From: the human T2T-CHM13v2.0 reference genome, Homo sapiens
NCBI RefSeq assembly: GCF_009914755.1
Contig: NC_060932.1
Strand: one strand, 5' to 3'
Length of the DNA: 64,000 nt
The position numbers were made by a program, and so were the translations under genes. The notes below the pieces were generated by a model that saw only the letters and a program-made list of their open reading frames with translations, did not search any database and was not told where the DNA came from. Of the stretch, positions 30,691-45,900 are shown piece by piece. The first letter of the stretch is position 1, and every line of letters starts with the position of its first letter.

Positions 30691-32739
30691 CTCAACCAGT
30701 GTGAATCAGGATCAGCATTTTAAGGCGGCCCCAATGGAAGACGAACCTCTTGGAACGCAGCCTTTCCCTGGTCAACCTAGCTCACCTATGGCCTGAGGTT
30801 GCGCTCACTTTTACTTAGTAATCAGTGCTTAGCTGCGCATCTACCAAGTCAGTTATTACTACACGCAGCTCATTTCTATGCAAACCGTGTCCAGCCTTTG
30901 GGCAAAGTTTGCATGCCCTCTGCTCCCTGATGTTCACAAGTGAAAACACTAAGCCCAACACATTTACTGTCCTCCTTCCCATCATTAAAGGGCACCACGC
31001 AGCTTTAGCAGCCAGGAAACTAGCCCAGCACACATGTTGTACAGCTGGCAATAGAGGCATCTTCAACAGCATCCACTCCTACATACAGTCTGATAAGGAA
31101 CATTTTAATGGAGCCAAAACATCCATTTCCTTCCTCTATTTCTGCATTTAGCAAACAGGAGAGCTGGACAATCATATCAGGGATTATGAAATGGCCACTA
31201 GGGCTACCAGAACAGCAGGTCTAAATTTCGCCTACTCACTTTCAACCAAAAGTATGCACCCTTTCAGTTGTGGAAAAGTACAGAGGATTTTAAAAACCCC
31301 TACTTATTAACTAGCATGTACTCTACAGTGAAACTGTTTCTACTGTGGCTTAATTTGCAAAATCCAAGCAGATATTACTTTTAAAAATCCAACTATCTCT
31401 TTAAAAGGATTTGTAAAGTTGCTTACAGACATAAGGTGACATCAGAAAAGCATGTTGGTATAATGCAATTAGCTAAGGTTTCTAGGAAGCTTTGGAATGT
31501 TTTGTTTTTAAAGAAGGCATAGATAAGTGCAAGTCCTACAAGTAATGAACTGTCCTAGAAGCAAAGAAATTCATTAAATAGATCTCCTTGATTTCTCCTT
31601 CATGGTCCCATGTCCATAGAGATTGGGAATGTACAATAATAGCAGGGCTTAATTTTCCAGAGCTGTTTAAAGTAATATTTAGGTGCTTAACAGAGTTAAA
31701 TGTTAAATCAAAGGGACTTCCCAATTGTCAGATAAAATAATTCTTTTAAGTTAAAAAAAAAAGTTCTTAAACTTCAAAATTGTTCCCAGGCTTTTAAGAT
31801 GAAATTAAAAGTGATTAGTAAAAATCAAACATTCAAAGAAATCTCAGAGGCATTGTTGTTCCAACATGAAAAACGTCTCAGCAGCTATTATTCAGTTATC
31901 ACTTGATTGGCTATCACTGAGGGAAACGTGAATATTAAAAATATTTGAGCAAAGAGGAATCCAATATCCTCTTGCTGCCATAAACCTGGGCATCTCAAAG
32001 CAACATTACCTATGGTTGTGCTCAGCTCCTAACCCTACTCATCAATATTCATGTTAGATCTCCTGACTCTAAATCACCCTTGCCCCCTCAGCATGCAAGC
32101 ATTGGGCCCACTTACAAGTAACTTTCATCCTGAAGCCAAGACATAAGCCATTGTCCTCAAACATCACAACACAACCTTTGGGCCTGAGAACATTCAAAAC
32201 ATGGACGTTAAAAAGGCACATTTCTGACTCATGACCTTAGAGCCTAACACTGTTATCCTCAATTAAGGACACACCATGTATCATCTTGCATCTCTGATTA
32301 GTTCATAGTGTCTCACATATAATATCAGTAAAGTACAAGGCTGCCTGTGTTCTCCTTTTTTTATACTTTTCAAATGAATTCAGGCTTCCCCTTTGCCTTA
32401 GTTTCACTGACACTGTCCCACTTCGCTAAATGACATTAATCGATAAAAGGCAGGATTTGCAAGCACACTGCAAAATACAACATACTCCGTTGCAACCAGT
32501 GGTATCCTACCTTAGGAACGATATATTAGGGCAAACATCAAGAAACATCTAGAACTTATGCAATACCAGATAATCTTTATTTTCCTCTGAAACCTGACAA
32601 ACCAATTTCACAATTTTCTCAGTACCTGAAAGTCTATGTTGCCAGCCAAAGTGTTCTTCCCCTATGTTCCTATTTAATGCAACACTTTTGAGAACTACTG
32701 CATCCAAGTCATTTGTAAAGGGAACAAAAATGAATTACG

Positions 32740-33430
32740 TATGCTCTCACTCTCCTCAGGTTCATGATGCCCGGTAGCTTCTGGTATGAGCTATGCTAAA
32801 GCCACACATAAACAGGAGCACAAGGCAGGGATGTTTTAACCTAAATGAGCAGAGGTAGAGCGTTTCAGGAAGAAGAATACAGAAGTGAACATGCCGAGGA
32901 ACAGATAGAATCCCTGTAGTTAAGGTTGCGTAGAAGGCATTTCATAAGGAGGGAAGAATATGAACAAAAGTCGGTGTGAGAATGTTCTAGGACTAGAAAG
33001 CACTATAGTAAGGATAGACACATGATGTAGTACATTTGGAACTGGTAAATTGGGGGCAAACTGAAGGGTCCTGAATGCCAAATTAAGGATGATAAACAAG
33101 TTTAAAAGCAAGTACTTACGGAGGCTGAAGGCCACTGATATGGGAACTCAGAACCAAGTTAGGTCTAGAGGTGAAGGCTCAGAAGTTATTTCATTTGGAT
33201 AAAAACCTAAAAGCATAAAACCCTCCAAGAAAAGTGCATAGATTAAGAGAACATTCAATGATAGACTAGAACAAGTGTGGCAGAGATGCAGTGCCTAGAA
33301 GCCAAGCCAGAAGAGATACCCAAGAGAATGGCTGACAGCATCCAATTCACGTGAGAGATGCAGTCAGATGGAAAGACCATTGGGGCTTGGCTTCCATGAG
33401 GCTACTGGCGACTTCAATACAGCAATGTCA
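32740..33430 (-). mobile_element. Highly diverged L2 fragment(s)
   Basis: Purine-rich sequence with L2-like motifs (GAAGCCAAG, GGCTGACAGCATCCAA, CAGTCAGATG, GAGGCTACTGGCGACTT). Confidence 0.5.
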
Positions 33431-36189
33431 ACAAACAGAGGCGCCTTGGCAGATATCGCTTAGTTGAGAAATGGAGATTCACATGAAATGAAACCCAGAT
33501 TTGGGGATTCAATATTTTCTCCACTCTGAGGTTATTTTTATGTCTGAGTAGGTTTCTCTTTTATCTGAAACAGAACAAACTCCGTATCTGACTTAAAAAC
33601 ATTCTAATTAATAAATCTCAACAAGCAACGTTTTGACTTTATGCCATGTCACCTGCAAGTTGAAATCCATCTGGAAATAAATAAAAAGTAGCCATTTGTT
33701 TTGTTTTACCTTGTCTTGTTCTAAACTTTCAAAGGAGCCATATTCAATATTTGTTGTTACCTAAAATCCATCCCTTGCTTAAAACCTAATCTATCTCTCA
33801 GCTTCATTAGCCATGTATAAGCTACAGAATTGCATTTGGACTTTTCCTAGATTCCAAGAATGGTCCATAATCAATCTACAACTGGATTATAATCCAAATA
33901 GCCAGAAGATAATGCTATTTAATTAGCTTCTATAAAATATCCACGATAGTCTGTGTTCACAAATATGCCTCATGAGGTCAAGTATAAAATAGTTTAAAGA
34001 ATGTCTGAAAAGGAGTTTTCCAAAATAGGTGACTACATTAGCATAGTTGTGATTCAGGGGAATTAAAATACAGTTAAGTGTATACTGATTTATCAGGAGG
34101 GCAAATCCCTTAAGAGGTGGAAATAAACATTAAAATACAGCAACTCATCTTATTTAAACCTTATCTGGATATCACCTGTTATAAAAACCAACAAAAAACG
34201 GTGTTTTCTGATAAACAAAGCCCAGAATAAGAGCTATTTTGCCTTATTTTGATCTGCAATGCCAAGAGTACATGGAAAGGTTCCAATCTCTCAAAGTCAA
34301 AGAAGAAAACGAGATATTTTACATACAGGGGGAGAATTATGTAAAAAATAAATAACATTAACAAAATCATTAAGAAAAACTAAGGCTCATAAGCACTGAT
34401 AGGGTTTCCTATGGTTCTATAAGGTATACAATGAATGGTAAGTTATAATTCACAGTCTGGGTGAAAAATAAATTTTGCTATATAGAGATAGTAGCCACAG
34501 GACAAGGAGGAAAAAAACAGATGATTATGTAATAATAATGGAAGTTTTCAGCCTTTCTTCATATAGTATGCTCACCACACCAAGAAAGAGATTTTACGTG
34601 GGATGATCAGCATACTAGTCAAAATAGTTCCTTAACCCATCTTAAAATTGCTTTTTAATGTTAAAGATCATTCTATAGTTTTCTGATTTAATTGATTATA
34701 TCTGATGGAATGAGTAAGATTATTTTCCACCAGCAAACTGTTTCATTTAAAGGAATAACTATTTACAAGATATTTATAAAAGGCTTTTCACCTGAAAGAA
34801 ACATTAAAGAAACAAAACAACCAAAAAAGAAAACAAAACAAAAAAAAAAAGACAAGGCTGCCTTCTGGCTAAGAGACAGAGCGGAAAATCCATGCAAATG
34901 GAAGTACAATGTCTTCTTCACCCTGCGACTCAAGATGAACTGAACGGGGTTCAAATACAGACCCTGGACCAGCCCAGCGGTTTCCAGGGCCTGACACACC
35001 TCCTCCTCCACCTCCTCCAGCATTTCAAAGACACTTCTGGAGCTATGCTCTGAAAGAGCTTGGGGGCTGTCTTAGGTTCAACATCTTTCTGCATGGTATT
35101 TACCACAATTCTTTAAAATCCAGAGGTGAAAATGACAATAGCATTGGGGTTGTAATGTGTGAATTTCACTTATGTGGGCATTCACCCTTTGGACTATACA
35201 ATATAACTATTAGGTTTGAAAGATAAGAAACAAGGGATTTAAGTAAAATACCTCAGAAGTCTAAGAAGACAGAGAATTATTCCTGTATTTCCACTCCAAC
35301 AAAGTATGATTAAAATTAGCTTAACTATAATCAATAAACATAAATTGCATCCATATTGTACTGTGAAGTCATGGCTAAAAATGGAAAGTTGAGAAATTTT
35401 AAAAGAAAAATAGAGGCATTAAATGTATATTTTAAATTATTTTCACTACATTTGAAGTTGAAATTTATCATTCAAAAGACAGGATTCATAAGGAAAGTAT
35501 TTAAAATAAATGAGGTTCTTTTATTTTTCTTTCATTAGTTTTTTATAAATGCTGAGGAGTTTATGTAAAACACCACTTATGGTTTTTCCAGCCAGATTTT
35601 AATAACTAATTGCACATTTCAAGCCTAATCTCACAGATGCCGTCTACAGTTTTTCAACCTGCCAAGGGAACTATGACTGTTATGAATAAAGAAACATCCA
35701 TTTCATGGAAGATAAAAATATCCTTAATTCAAATGGACTATTTTTAAAAATACTACTCTCTATATAGATAAATGTTAAAGCTGCTTTAAGCTAAAGGGAA
35801 AAGTAATACAAACTAGCTTCTTATTAGTGACCATTTTCATAAGCAGTTTTTCAGTACCAATTAGATTTTATCTAAATGAATCCAACATTACTATTGCTAA
35901 GGTGTCTGAAAAAAGCATTAAGCCTAGATTTTTCACAGTAATTCTTTAACTTTCTGTGATAGCTTCTAAACATTTGATGCCCATATCTAAAGTACTGATA
36001 AAGAAATAATGTGAATATATCAACTGATTCATTATGATCATCAATTTCTCACTGCATCCTAATAAATGACATTTTAATTCTATTCTCATATCCATGTGCA
36101 AAAGGAAAAATAAAGACTAATGAATCTTAAACAGTGGGCAGATTTCCTCAGCAAACATCAAAATCACCTAGTGTTTCACATATGAATGA

Positions 36190-36330
36190 GGATGGTGAAC
36201 GGACCCAAGTTCTAGTTCAGTCCTTTAACCAAGTAGGGGGAAGTCACTTTTATCTTCAGTTTTCTTGTTTGTAAAATAAGATCATGCTAGAATGGATAGT
36301 AGCTCAAGTCCGTTCTGTCACTCAGAATAA
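36190..36330 (+). mobile_element. MIR fragment
   Basis: GACCCAAGTTCTAGTTC...AAGTCACTTT...CTTCAGTTTTCTTGTTTGTAAAATAAG. Confidence 0.55.
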
Positions 36331-39300
36331 AACATGACCCAATGTTCACTTTGATATACCTGAAGTAAAGAAAAACAAAGAAGTAAAACCAAACTTGAAT
36401 GGCAGATTTTAGACTGACCAGCTGAAGAAAGTTCCATCATTGAGAAAAGAAGTGTTTCCTTGGCCAAGTTCTATTTCTCCATAACAGAATGTTAGAAGAA
36501 TCTTAAGCCTAAACCCGTATTTTCTCCTTTTGTGGGAAGCTGAACATTGTACACTTTGGCACAGTGTGTCCAAAGCAGAATAGATGGGGGCCAGCTCTTA
36601 TGGTGAAATCACAGAACTAAGAGAGTCATCTCAGAGACTACACCATTTACCCTACATCTGATTCCAGGGAGGTGATTTCATCTATTCTTCCATTTGTATG
36701 TTTTTGTACATGGTTTTATTAATGTAACCTAATGAAATAAAATGTACATTCTGTTAGCTCAGAAAGTTAATATATATGTACATGATCTTTTGTCAAAAAA
36801 CATTTCATCAATTATTTTTACAATGGTGTTTATGAAAATAAACCCCCACCTTCTCCCATATTAGGAAAAGATGAAAAGAGCTACTGAACTTTTCATAATT
36901 TATCTGTACATAGAGGCTTTGAATTAAATCTAAAAACATCATCCTGCCTCTTCTATTGTATTCCAAATGGGCAAATTTTTAAAATTACACTTTCAAAATA
37001 ACACGTTAACAAGATTCAAAATCAGCACATTATCTTAATTACACAACACCGATGTGATTACATCGGACCAAACATTTTGGCAAAATGTTTGCCTGACATC
37101 ACAGGAACCAAACAAGGGGATAGCTGGTTGAAATGTCCACATTTCTACCGGTGGAGACACCAAAATATTGTTAAATACACTCTACTAGCAACGGAAATAA
37201 TGAGCTCTCTCAGAATCAATTCCACTTTGCAGGGACTAGCATGGGTAATGTATTAGAGATACTAAGTTTGCAATTTGGTATCTTAAATTTATTTAGGGCC
37301 TAATGCATTTATTCCTCTAATGAAAATGTTTTCTAGTAGTATTCAAGATATATGTGCAGAGCTGTTACTTTTTACAGTAGCAGCTTATTTGTTTTTACAC
37401 ATAATTATAATTTAAGAATGCCGATCGTCTCATGCAAAGCAGTCGAAAAACAAAAACAGCCGACAAAACCAGAGAAAGCTTTCTTTATTCTAAAATGTCT
37501 TTACATTAAAATATGTCAGATTAAAGTCTCCACTCTACATACAGATTTAATTTTTAACCCTGTGTCTGGGCAGTATTTTAAATTTTCTTATCACTTTTGG
37601 AGAATTCCACAGAACTATCTTAAGCTAGTTTCAAACCTGGTAAAAGTTGTGAGTTCTTTTTTTTCTTTTTCCTCCCATCAAATTTTGAGATATAAAATGC
37701 ATCATGTCTAAATGAGAAACAATTAAATGTCATATTATTTTACACCATTCATAATTTTCAACTAATCACAAAGAATACTATATGATTTTCCAACATCACT
37801 GTTTTTTTGAAGTGAAAATGATTTATGAAAGGATTTCCCTCTAACTACTCCTTAGAAATGACCAAAATATTTTATCATAAAAAGGTGTGACAGGAGAACT
37901 GAAATCACTGATCTCTCAATTTCTGATGCATCAAAACATTTCTGAAAACACAAGAGAAAATAAAACAAAATAAGTGCAAAATTCATTTGCATTTTACAGG
38001 CAATAACAAGGTTTCTGGAATAAGAAAACCCCGAAAAGATAAAGTACTTCCTCTACTTTCTGATAAGCTTTAAAAGAAAAAAACTAAACTAAATATTTCA
38101 AAATCAATGGACTTCAAGTAATCCAAGAGAATTTGGAAAACATTTCTCTAAAAACTAATCCAGAACACAAGGTGTCAGTTTGGAAATAATGGAAGCATAT
38201 TTCGTTTTAAAAATCTAAAACATTTTAAAGACAAAAATTCAAGTTAACATCCCAGTGATTAACTCTGGAACTGCCTAGCCAAAAACAACTTTCGGCACTT
38301 AAAACATAAAACTGTCAGTTTCCTCTGCTTGGAGACAAAACATACAAAAAGCAAACATTCACTGTTATATTTTCCTAGACATGAAAGATAGAACTAACTT
38401 TCATAAAAGGTGATCACTCTGAGTATTTCTACCTGATATGATATTCATGTCGTAGCTCCTAAAAATCAGTTACAAATTCCAAACCTCAGAACTATCCTTA
38501 ATAGATGGCTACTATTCTAGTTTGCGTTACTCCCTCGACTTGATGGAAGTACAATCATTTATTGAACTACACTAGCTCAACTCATAAATACGTTAAGAAG
38601 CCTGTGACTGATGTTATTGAATTTATAAGCTACCAGAAACAAGTAAACTCCTTACTGTAGACCTCAAAGAGTTGATAACATGACACTTGGCATTGTACTT
38701 CTTGGGAATCTAAAACATACTGATGGTGAGAATCTTTCAAGTATTCTTCTGCCCTAAATCCAGAAAACATGACTTTCAAGCATCATCCATGGTCGAATGG
38801 TCAAATTCACATTTATAAACTTGGAATAGAGAGTTTGGTGGAAGTACTGCATAACTAAAATTGACTTTTTTTAAAAGCCAGAACTATGTCACAGTTGGTG
38901 CTTATAATTGTTTCAAAATTATACAACTTTATTTAATTCCATGCAACGCATTTCCACATAGAAATGGAATAGCAAACTCCTACTCAATAGCAAACAATAA
39001 AATAAAATAAAATAAAGTATGTAAGCTTTTTCCTCTTCTTAGACACTGTCCCCAGAATGGAAAAGTTATAAAGAAAGGTAGGTAAAAATCCTGCAGCTTA
39101 CACATTTTTCCACTGAGAAGGCAAATCCTTACTCCTCCAGAAACTAAAATATTAGACCCCAAACAGTGTAGGGGGAAGAGGGGTAGGAAGTTGAAAAAAA
39201 GAAAAAAATGATGATAAAGCAGGGCAGAATAAGCCAGAGGAAGCATGCTTGGTCTCAGCATAATTTTCTTTAGCATTCTAAAATCAACGACATCATGCTG

Positions 39301-39882
39301 CCCATGATCTCTGCTTACTCTTCTGTAACCCAGTCAGAGGATTTTCAAAAAGGAAGAAATCTAGTTGTGCTTCCAAATGCCAAATGAACTTACAGGACCT
39401 TCCACTCCTGAAGGAAAACAGCACAGTAGCGCACCAGAAGCTAGAGAATGCCTTGAGTCACGCAAAGCCGGAACTGATGAGTGTGACCCCAGTGGGGTTT
39501 ATCTAAAATTCCCAAGTACAACAGGCAAAGGGGTCAAAGTTTTCTATGTCAGAGATATATAAATAAAGCCATATGCAGCAACCGTTCCTTATGTTATCAT
39601 GGATTATACAGTATCCTAGTCCCCCTTCTGTTCAGATATATATACATCTCTCTTTTAAAGAAGGAACTGAAAATGGGAAAAATTAAAAGGAGGGAAACCT
39701 GCTAATACTACTATCTACCCCCAGTTCTCCAGCTCTAATCATTATTACTCTCATTTTTAAAGTGTTAGTATTGCCAAGGACACACTGAATCGTTCAGGAA
39801 GTGAGAAGAATATGTATGTCCATAATTATGTGCTAACAGTGATATACTGAATTATTCTGGGAGTAAAAAGTACATGATGTAC

Positions 39883-39983
39883 ATAAATGTACACAAATAC
39901 ATGTAACACTAAATACAAATATGTGTAACACTAAATGTACACAAATATGTGTAATGTTGAATAAAAATATGTATAACACTAAA
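39883..39983. repeat. Degenerate AT-rich tandem repeat (CAAATA[C/T][A/G]TGTAACACTAAAT-like unit, ~4 copies)
   Basis: Directly visible. Confidence 0.7.
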
Positions 39984-42900
39984 AAGCTGAATGTTAGACA
40001 CAGTGAAGGTGCAAGATTGTGTACACATATTTACACATAAAATGTGTACATTATTATTTTTACCAATGACCTAAAATCATCTTACTGGCAGCTTTCTTAA
40101 AGCTTATCAAAGTAAAAAGAAAAAGCAAAATATGTTATAAATAATGAGGGCATTCCTTCAAAAGCACAAGTTTTCTTAAAAACGGGACTTTAAAAATAGA
40201 ATAAACAGTGATGGGATAGAGTAAAATAGTTTATTATAATTGAGGTTTAGATGACAGTGAGTTTCTTACAGTAATTTACCACATCATACATCCAAAGAAT
40301 GTAATTCAAATGCATTATAAATACAAAGGAGAAACATCTCTTAGTGTTGGTTTATAAGCTACAGAAAATAGTATTTCATATTTTTCAATCCTTGAATGTG
40401 TAACTACTTACTGACTACTTGTAAATTATTTTCTAAAACTTCCCTAAGTTTGCAGAACTGAGGAGCAAATTTTGCAATAATCTTCTAAAAAGGTATACTT
40501 CCAATATTAATTTAAAGACAGCTTAACATATTCCGTATTTTTTAATTTATAATTTAAATATAATTACTAATATAAAAATTCAGCAGCCAAACACAGGTAA
40601 AACATATCATTTTAAAAGATCTCAAAGGTATATCAAAAAATAATCGATAAAGAATTATGAATCATACAACAAAGAGATGAATATGTATTGAAAAATTTAG
40701 TAATATGGGCCTTGATTAAAATTAATATATATATGACCTGTCTTAACTTGGCATCAAAAAGCAAAGCAAAAACAAATACAAAACTTTCTTTTAGGAACTT
40801 TTATATGTTCAGAGCTACTTAAGAGTATTGAGAGAAAATGGGCTGATGTATTTTATTTCCACATCTTGCAAAGCTAAAGATGATGTGCAGATAATGACAT
40901 CACAAAGTAGGCACAAGTAGAATTTGGTTTTTAATTTGTTTTGTCTATCATGCTCTCATTTCAGAACCAAAATTACAATTAAATTAACCCTCAAATAGGT
41001 GTTGGGATGCATTAAGTAATTAAAATGGGCATTACAAAGACTAAAGTCATTTCAAAAAATATGCAATATGCTAAAATTCCATGTAGTGCCTGTAATGTAA
41101 AAACATTCTAAGCAAGTGAGACTATAGCTATCCTGCATGTACATGTACGCACTTATTTAATATGAAGCCACAAATTCATATATTCCACTTCTGCATAGCT
41201 CAGAGAGCAAAAGCTAACACTAGATTAGTAATGCTTGATCCCTTTGTACATGAAGTGTATCATGTAATAGAGAAATTAGATTCCACAAACTAATTTCTGC
41301 CATATATTTTTACACTATTTATAAACATATCTGATCTTCCATATGATATGTAGAGAAATTGAAATAGCAATTCACATTGTATTGTAGAATCTAATCAGGA
41401 AGCACATGTTATATTATTAATGTTTATTGATTTGTAAGCTTTATACATTCTGTCCAAATTCTACAAGTAAAAACAGCTCTGAAATCCTTTTGATCTTTCT
41501 TTTTCTACAGCTAAGGTATTTTTAGTGTTTAAATAGCAGTTGATGTCTTATCTATTGTCTTATACGGTACTGGATTCATTCCTGGTTACTATAATACTCA
41601 ATTTAACAACTAGTAATATTAATGCTTTTTCCAAGCTTGGGACATATATAGCAGATAATATAAACATGTTTACTATTATTTATGATACTATACTACTCAC
41701 TATCATGAATACAAAGTAATTAACAGATAAAGCTATTATGAACGCAAACAAGAGAACCATGCTCCCCTCAAAAAAGAAAAAAAGAAATGGAACATAAACT
41801 GTAAATACTTGTATATTTCCTTCTAACACTATCTAGTATATTAGACAAATAGCTAACAATAAATCATTTGTTTATTCATGTTAAATAAATTTAATATGTA
41901 CATTAACTTCTGACTTAACTTAAAAGTATATGGAATGTTTTCCAGAGACTATTTTGACTGTGTCAATTACCCTAGATACCAAAGTTGTTGTATTGTGTTG
42001 CTTGATGAAATAGGACATAGATCAACCCTCAAAACCAGTATTACAAGCCTGGCAAATAGCATCACATTTGGGTGACGCACAGAATCCATCACCCTAGGGA
42101 AAAATGCATTGGGTCATAGTACAGAGTCTTTACATGTTCCATATTATTTCTACATAACGTTTTGAGATGATAGAATTGTAAACTATAAAGTGGTAGCCCA
42201 TAAAGTGATATACTCACAAACAGTCCTGTCCCTTAACTGCTCCTCTTAACAGAAATGAGACTTAAAAAATGATCTCAGAAGCATTTCTTACAATACACTG
42301 AAAGGTGGCATTTTGATTTATAATTTTTTTCATTTAAAAAAATTCCTTAGTAAATTCAGAGCAGATATAAGTATTATGATAACAATTGATTCATTATGTT
42401 TAAACTCCATACTCATTTCAAACTTTTAGACTTCATAATGTAGGTCATGTTAACTCCTTAAAAGATTCACATTTCAAGCACAGAGTTAATAGTTAGCATT
42501 CTAAATTCCACCATCAAGATGTGTCTAAGTATTATCGGTCTACATACATTCCACATATAAAACACACCTATAATAGCATGCACATATATTGGCAATAATT
42601 CAAACATAGCAAAGCTATCGTGAGTACTTCAAACATTTGCAGGCAATTACATTGCTAGAACTCCTCTCATATTATAGGTATCCTATGACAAGCTACTAAA
42701 AAATTACACAAATCAAAAAGTGTTACCTTTGTTCAAATAATACTGCTGTTCATTATACAACAGAAAACATCATCCTTAATCTCTCAGGAACCAAGATAGT
42801 GGTGGATTCTTGGAGCAGAAGTAGTGCAGAATGGTTTGCGGCAAAATCGAAACATATTGTTTAAGTAAACCTTAAGGGGAGGGGAGCATATGCGCAATTG

Positions 42901-45900
42901 ATGGATTTTTTTTTTTTTTTTTGGTATCATCTTCCACAAAACCTCCCACCAACCCCTCCCCACCACTTACCAGTAAACAATCTGCGATATTAAGGGACTG
43001 CAACTCTAAACACCTCCCTTTGCCTTATTTCCTTCTTGCTAAACTTTATTGCTTTTCCTCATTTTTGAAGCAACAAACAAAATTCATTAAATAAAAATTT
43101 ATTAACAGATGCAGCCATAACATGAAATGTATGTTTGAAAACTTTGTAATAAATAAAATGAATCTAGACTTACTCCAAGAAACTTGCACTATGCTGATGT
43201 GAACAACATATACATTAAGTTCCTAAAGTTTTTCCAAACAAATCTTTAACTAAAGAAGCCATAAGCAAAAAAGGAATGCCTACGATTTGAACTAGAGTCT
43301 GTAACTCTCGCAAGAAAAACTGAGAAACATATCAAGTAAATCAAAACTGTCAAATTTATAAGCAGAGAACACTTCAATGCCCCAAATTTGCGGAATGCTT
43401 TTTATAGTCATAAATGCCTTAAAGACTGTACTCTTCCTTGTGTGACACTTAATTTTCACTATATATATTATTCCTTAAATGTGCTCTAGGTAAAGAAGGA
43501 AAAAAAAAATCTATCAGGAAGAATTTGGGTTAAAAGCAAAGTCCACGACAAGTAACCGTAAGATTTAAACCTCAGGAACAATTCACAAAAGAAAAGTCGA
43601 AACAGTACTTAGTTCTGAGCCACCGAATGGGGCGGAGGGCCTTCCACTAAACCCAATAATTTCTGGGTGGAGTGTCTTTTCCCAAGGAAGAGAACACTAG
43701 CACAAATCTTTTTGCCCCCTAAAAAGATTTTCCTACTTGCCAGCTTCTGAAGTTGCCCTGATGTCAATCAACATCACCAAGATGTCTCTTAACTGGAGAA
43801 AGTTCTGTTTGCCTGTGCAAAGTCAGAGAGAAAGAAATGACTATTTATAAAAAAAAAAAAAAAAAGGAAACTATAAATACTGTTTGATAAATAGGGTTAA
43901 AAAATTATCATCTAAAATTGTAAGAAAAAAAGAGCTGCCTGTAGAAACGCACTGACCCTTAAAATTAATGTTTTCAATCTAAAAATGCATTTTCGTAAAG
44001 TTTCATCTATTTTCCTTCCTCTGCACATAAAAATGATTAATGTCACATTTAAACTTCCACATTTTAGGCTCTTGCTAACAGGTGTCGCATTCGTTATATA
44101 AACATATTCTTTGACCTGTGGCCATTGATAACCTTAATTAATTAATCTCCATTGAAACAAAAACAAATGGATTTTTTTTCCAAATAAGAAAGAAATAATG
44201 CAACGCAAATACCCACTTTCCCCAAAACCCAAAAACTGTTTAAGTTACGGTAACCTGAAATGCACCAGCCATCACAAAGAGCAATTGGAGAAATCCAGCA
44301 GTGCTCAGCAGGAAAGATTTTTAATAACAGATTGAAAAACAAGAATAAAAATAACTGCATCAACAGAGCCTTTCTTCCTCAGGCCACAAGCCCGTTCTTA
44401 CTTGAACTTTTTTTTTTTTTTAAATGGCATTTTGGCCACTAAAACCAATCCAGAACATTATTAAAAGTTAAAAGCTACCAATTACTTCTGTCTGTTCTTT
44501 TAAAGCAAAGTTTGGCATTACGTCAGTTGGTTTAAAGAAAACAAGAAAGAGAGAGAGAAAGAGTAGGAGAGAAAGTTTCCTGCTTGTATAAACTAAACCA
44601 CCAGGGAAGGTGTCTAGCCACTTGTAAAGTATTTACTGCAGGTTTTTAAAAGCTAGAAACATTTTAAAAATTAAAAGTTTTTTGTTATTATTTTTAGTGA
44701 AACACACTTAAGAACGACAAGTGTATCCTTAATGTCTTCTTTGGGGTGTCTTAATGTTATATTTGTATTTCAGTTATAGCTTAGAATCAGAAAATGATTT
44801 CAAATGATGCTCCAAATTTGAAGTACATAGATAATTTCACCTTCATTTTTGCTATTTGGATTTGTGCTCTTGGAAAAGGAAAAAAAAAAAAAAAAAAAAA
44901 ACTGGGATAGCAAAAAGTAGACCGCTACGATAATAGCTGCTATATGCTGCAGGGACCAGTAGAGTTTCTTCACCTAACTAATGCTTAACAATTCAAATGG
45001 TTTTCACCTGTAGATCCTACTGCACCTTCAGAGATTCCTGAAGCTCAAAGATCTCTTTCTAACCAAAGTCAAGTTCTACATTATTGTGTCCATCAGAAAA
45101 CCAAACTAAAGGCCAAATTCAGTTCTCAGGAATAGGAGAACAACTGAGCACTGTGATAGCTCAAAAAGTGATCATAATAATAAAATCGAAGATATTATTT
45201 ATAAAGGTCATATATAATTAATAGAATATTTTATACAAACAAATGACTTTGGCCCTACTTACATCGGAGGATAAATTTTAAAAAGTAGTTACATCCTCTG
45301 CAGCACTGTTTGCTATAGAACAATGGTATAAAACAAGATTTGGTATTTTAGCTTATTTACTTTAATCCACTGGTTACAGCTTTTGGGAGACAAATTATTT
45401 TTAAAATTACACTAAAACAAACCTCTACATAATTTTTAATGTAAATAATTGCAAAGTATGTTAGTCTTTTCTATACATGACAAGCACTCTTAAACAATTA
45501 GATTAAATGTCTACTTGGCAAAGGCTAGAAGACCATCTTTATGCTATATCTAAGGGGGACTCAAAAATTCCATAAATCATAACTATTATGGTAACAAAGA
45601 ATTTACTTATTTCTGTATAATAACAAAAGATAAATGTCATTTTCACAGATAAGCCATCAAAGTAAACGCAAGTCTACGTATGCTGTCATTAATTTCCCAA
45701 AACTTCAACAAATGGTAAATAAGGATGATAAATGAGTAAACAAGACTCAGAATTAGTTATCAATGGTATTAGCAGTTATCATCAGCAAAAGAGGGAGAAA
45801 AAGAAACCTATTACCTGAAAGCTTGACCTAGCAAGGATGAACAACAAAATACGAGCCCATAAAACTTGCGGGTTTTTATCAAATTGATTGTAACTTGTGA

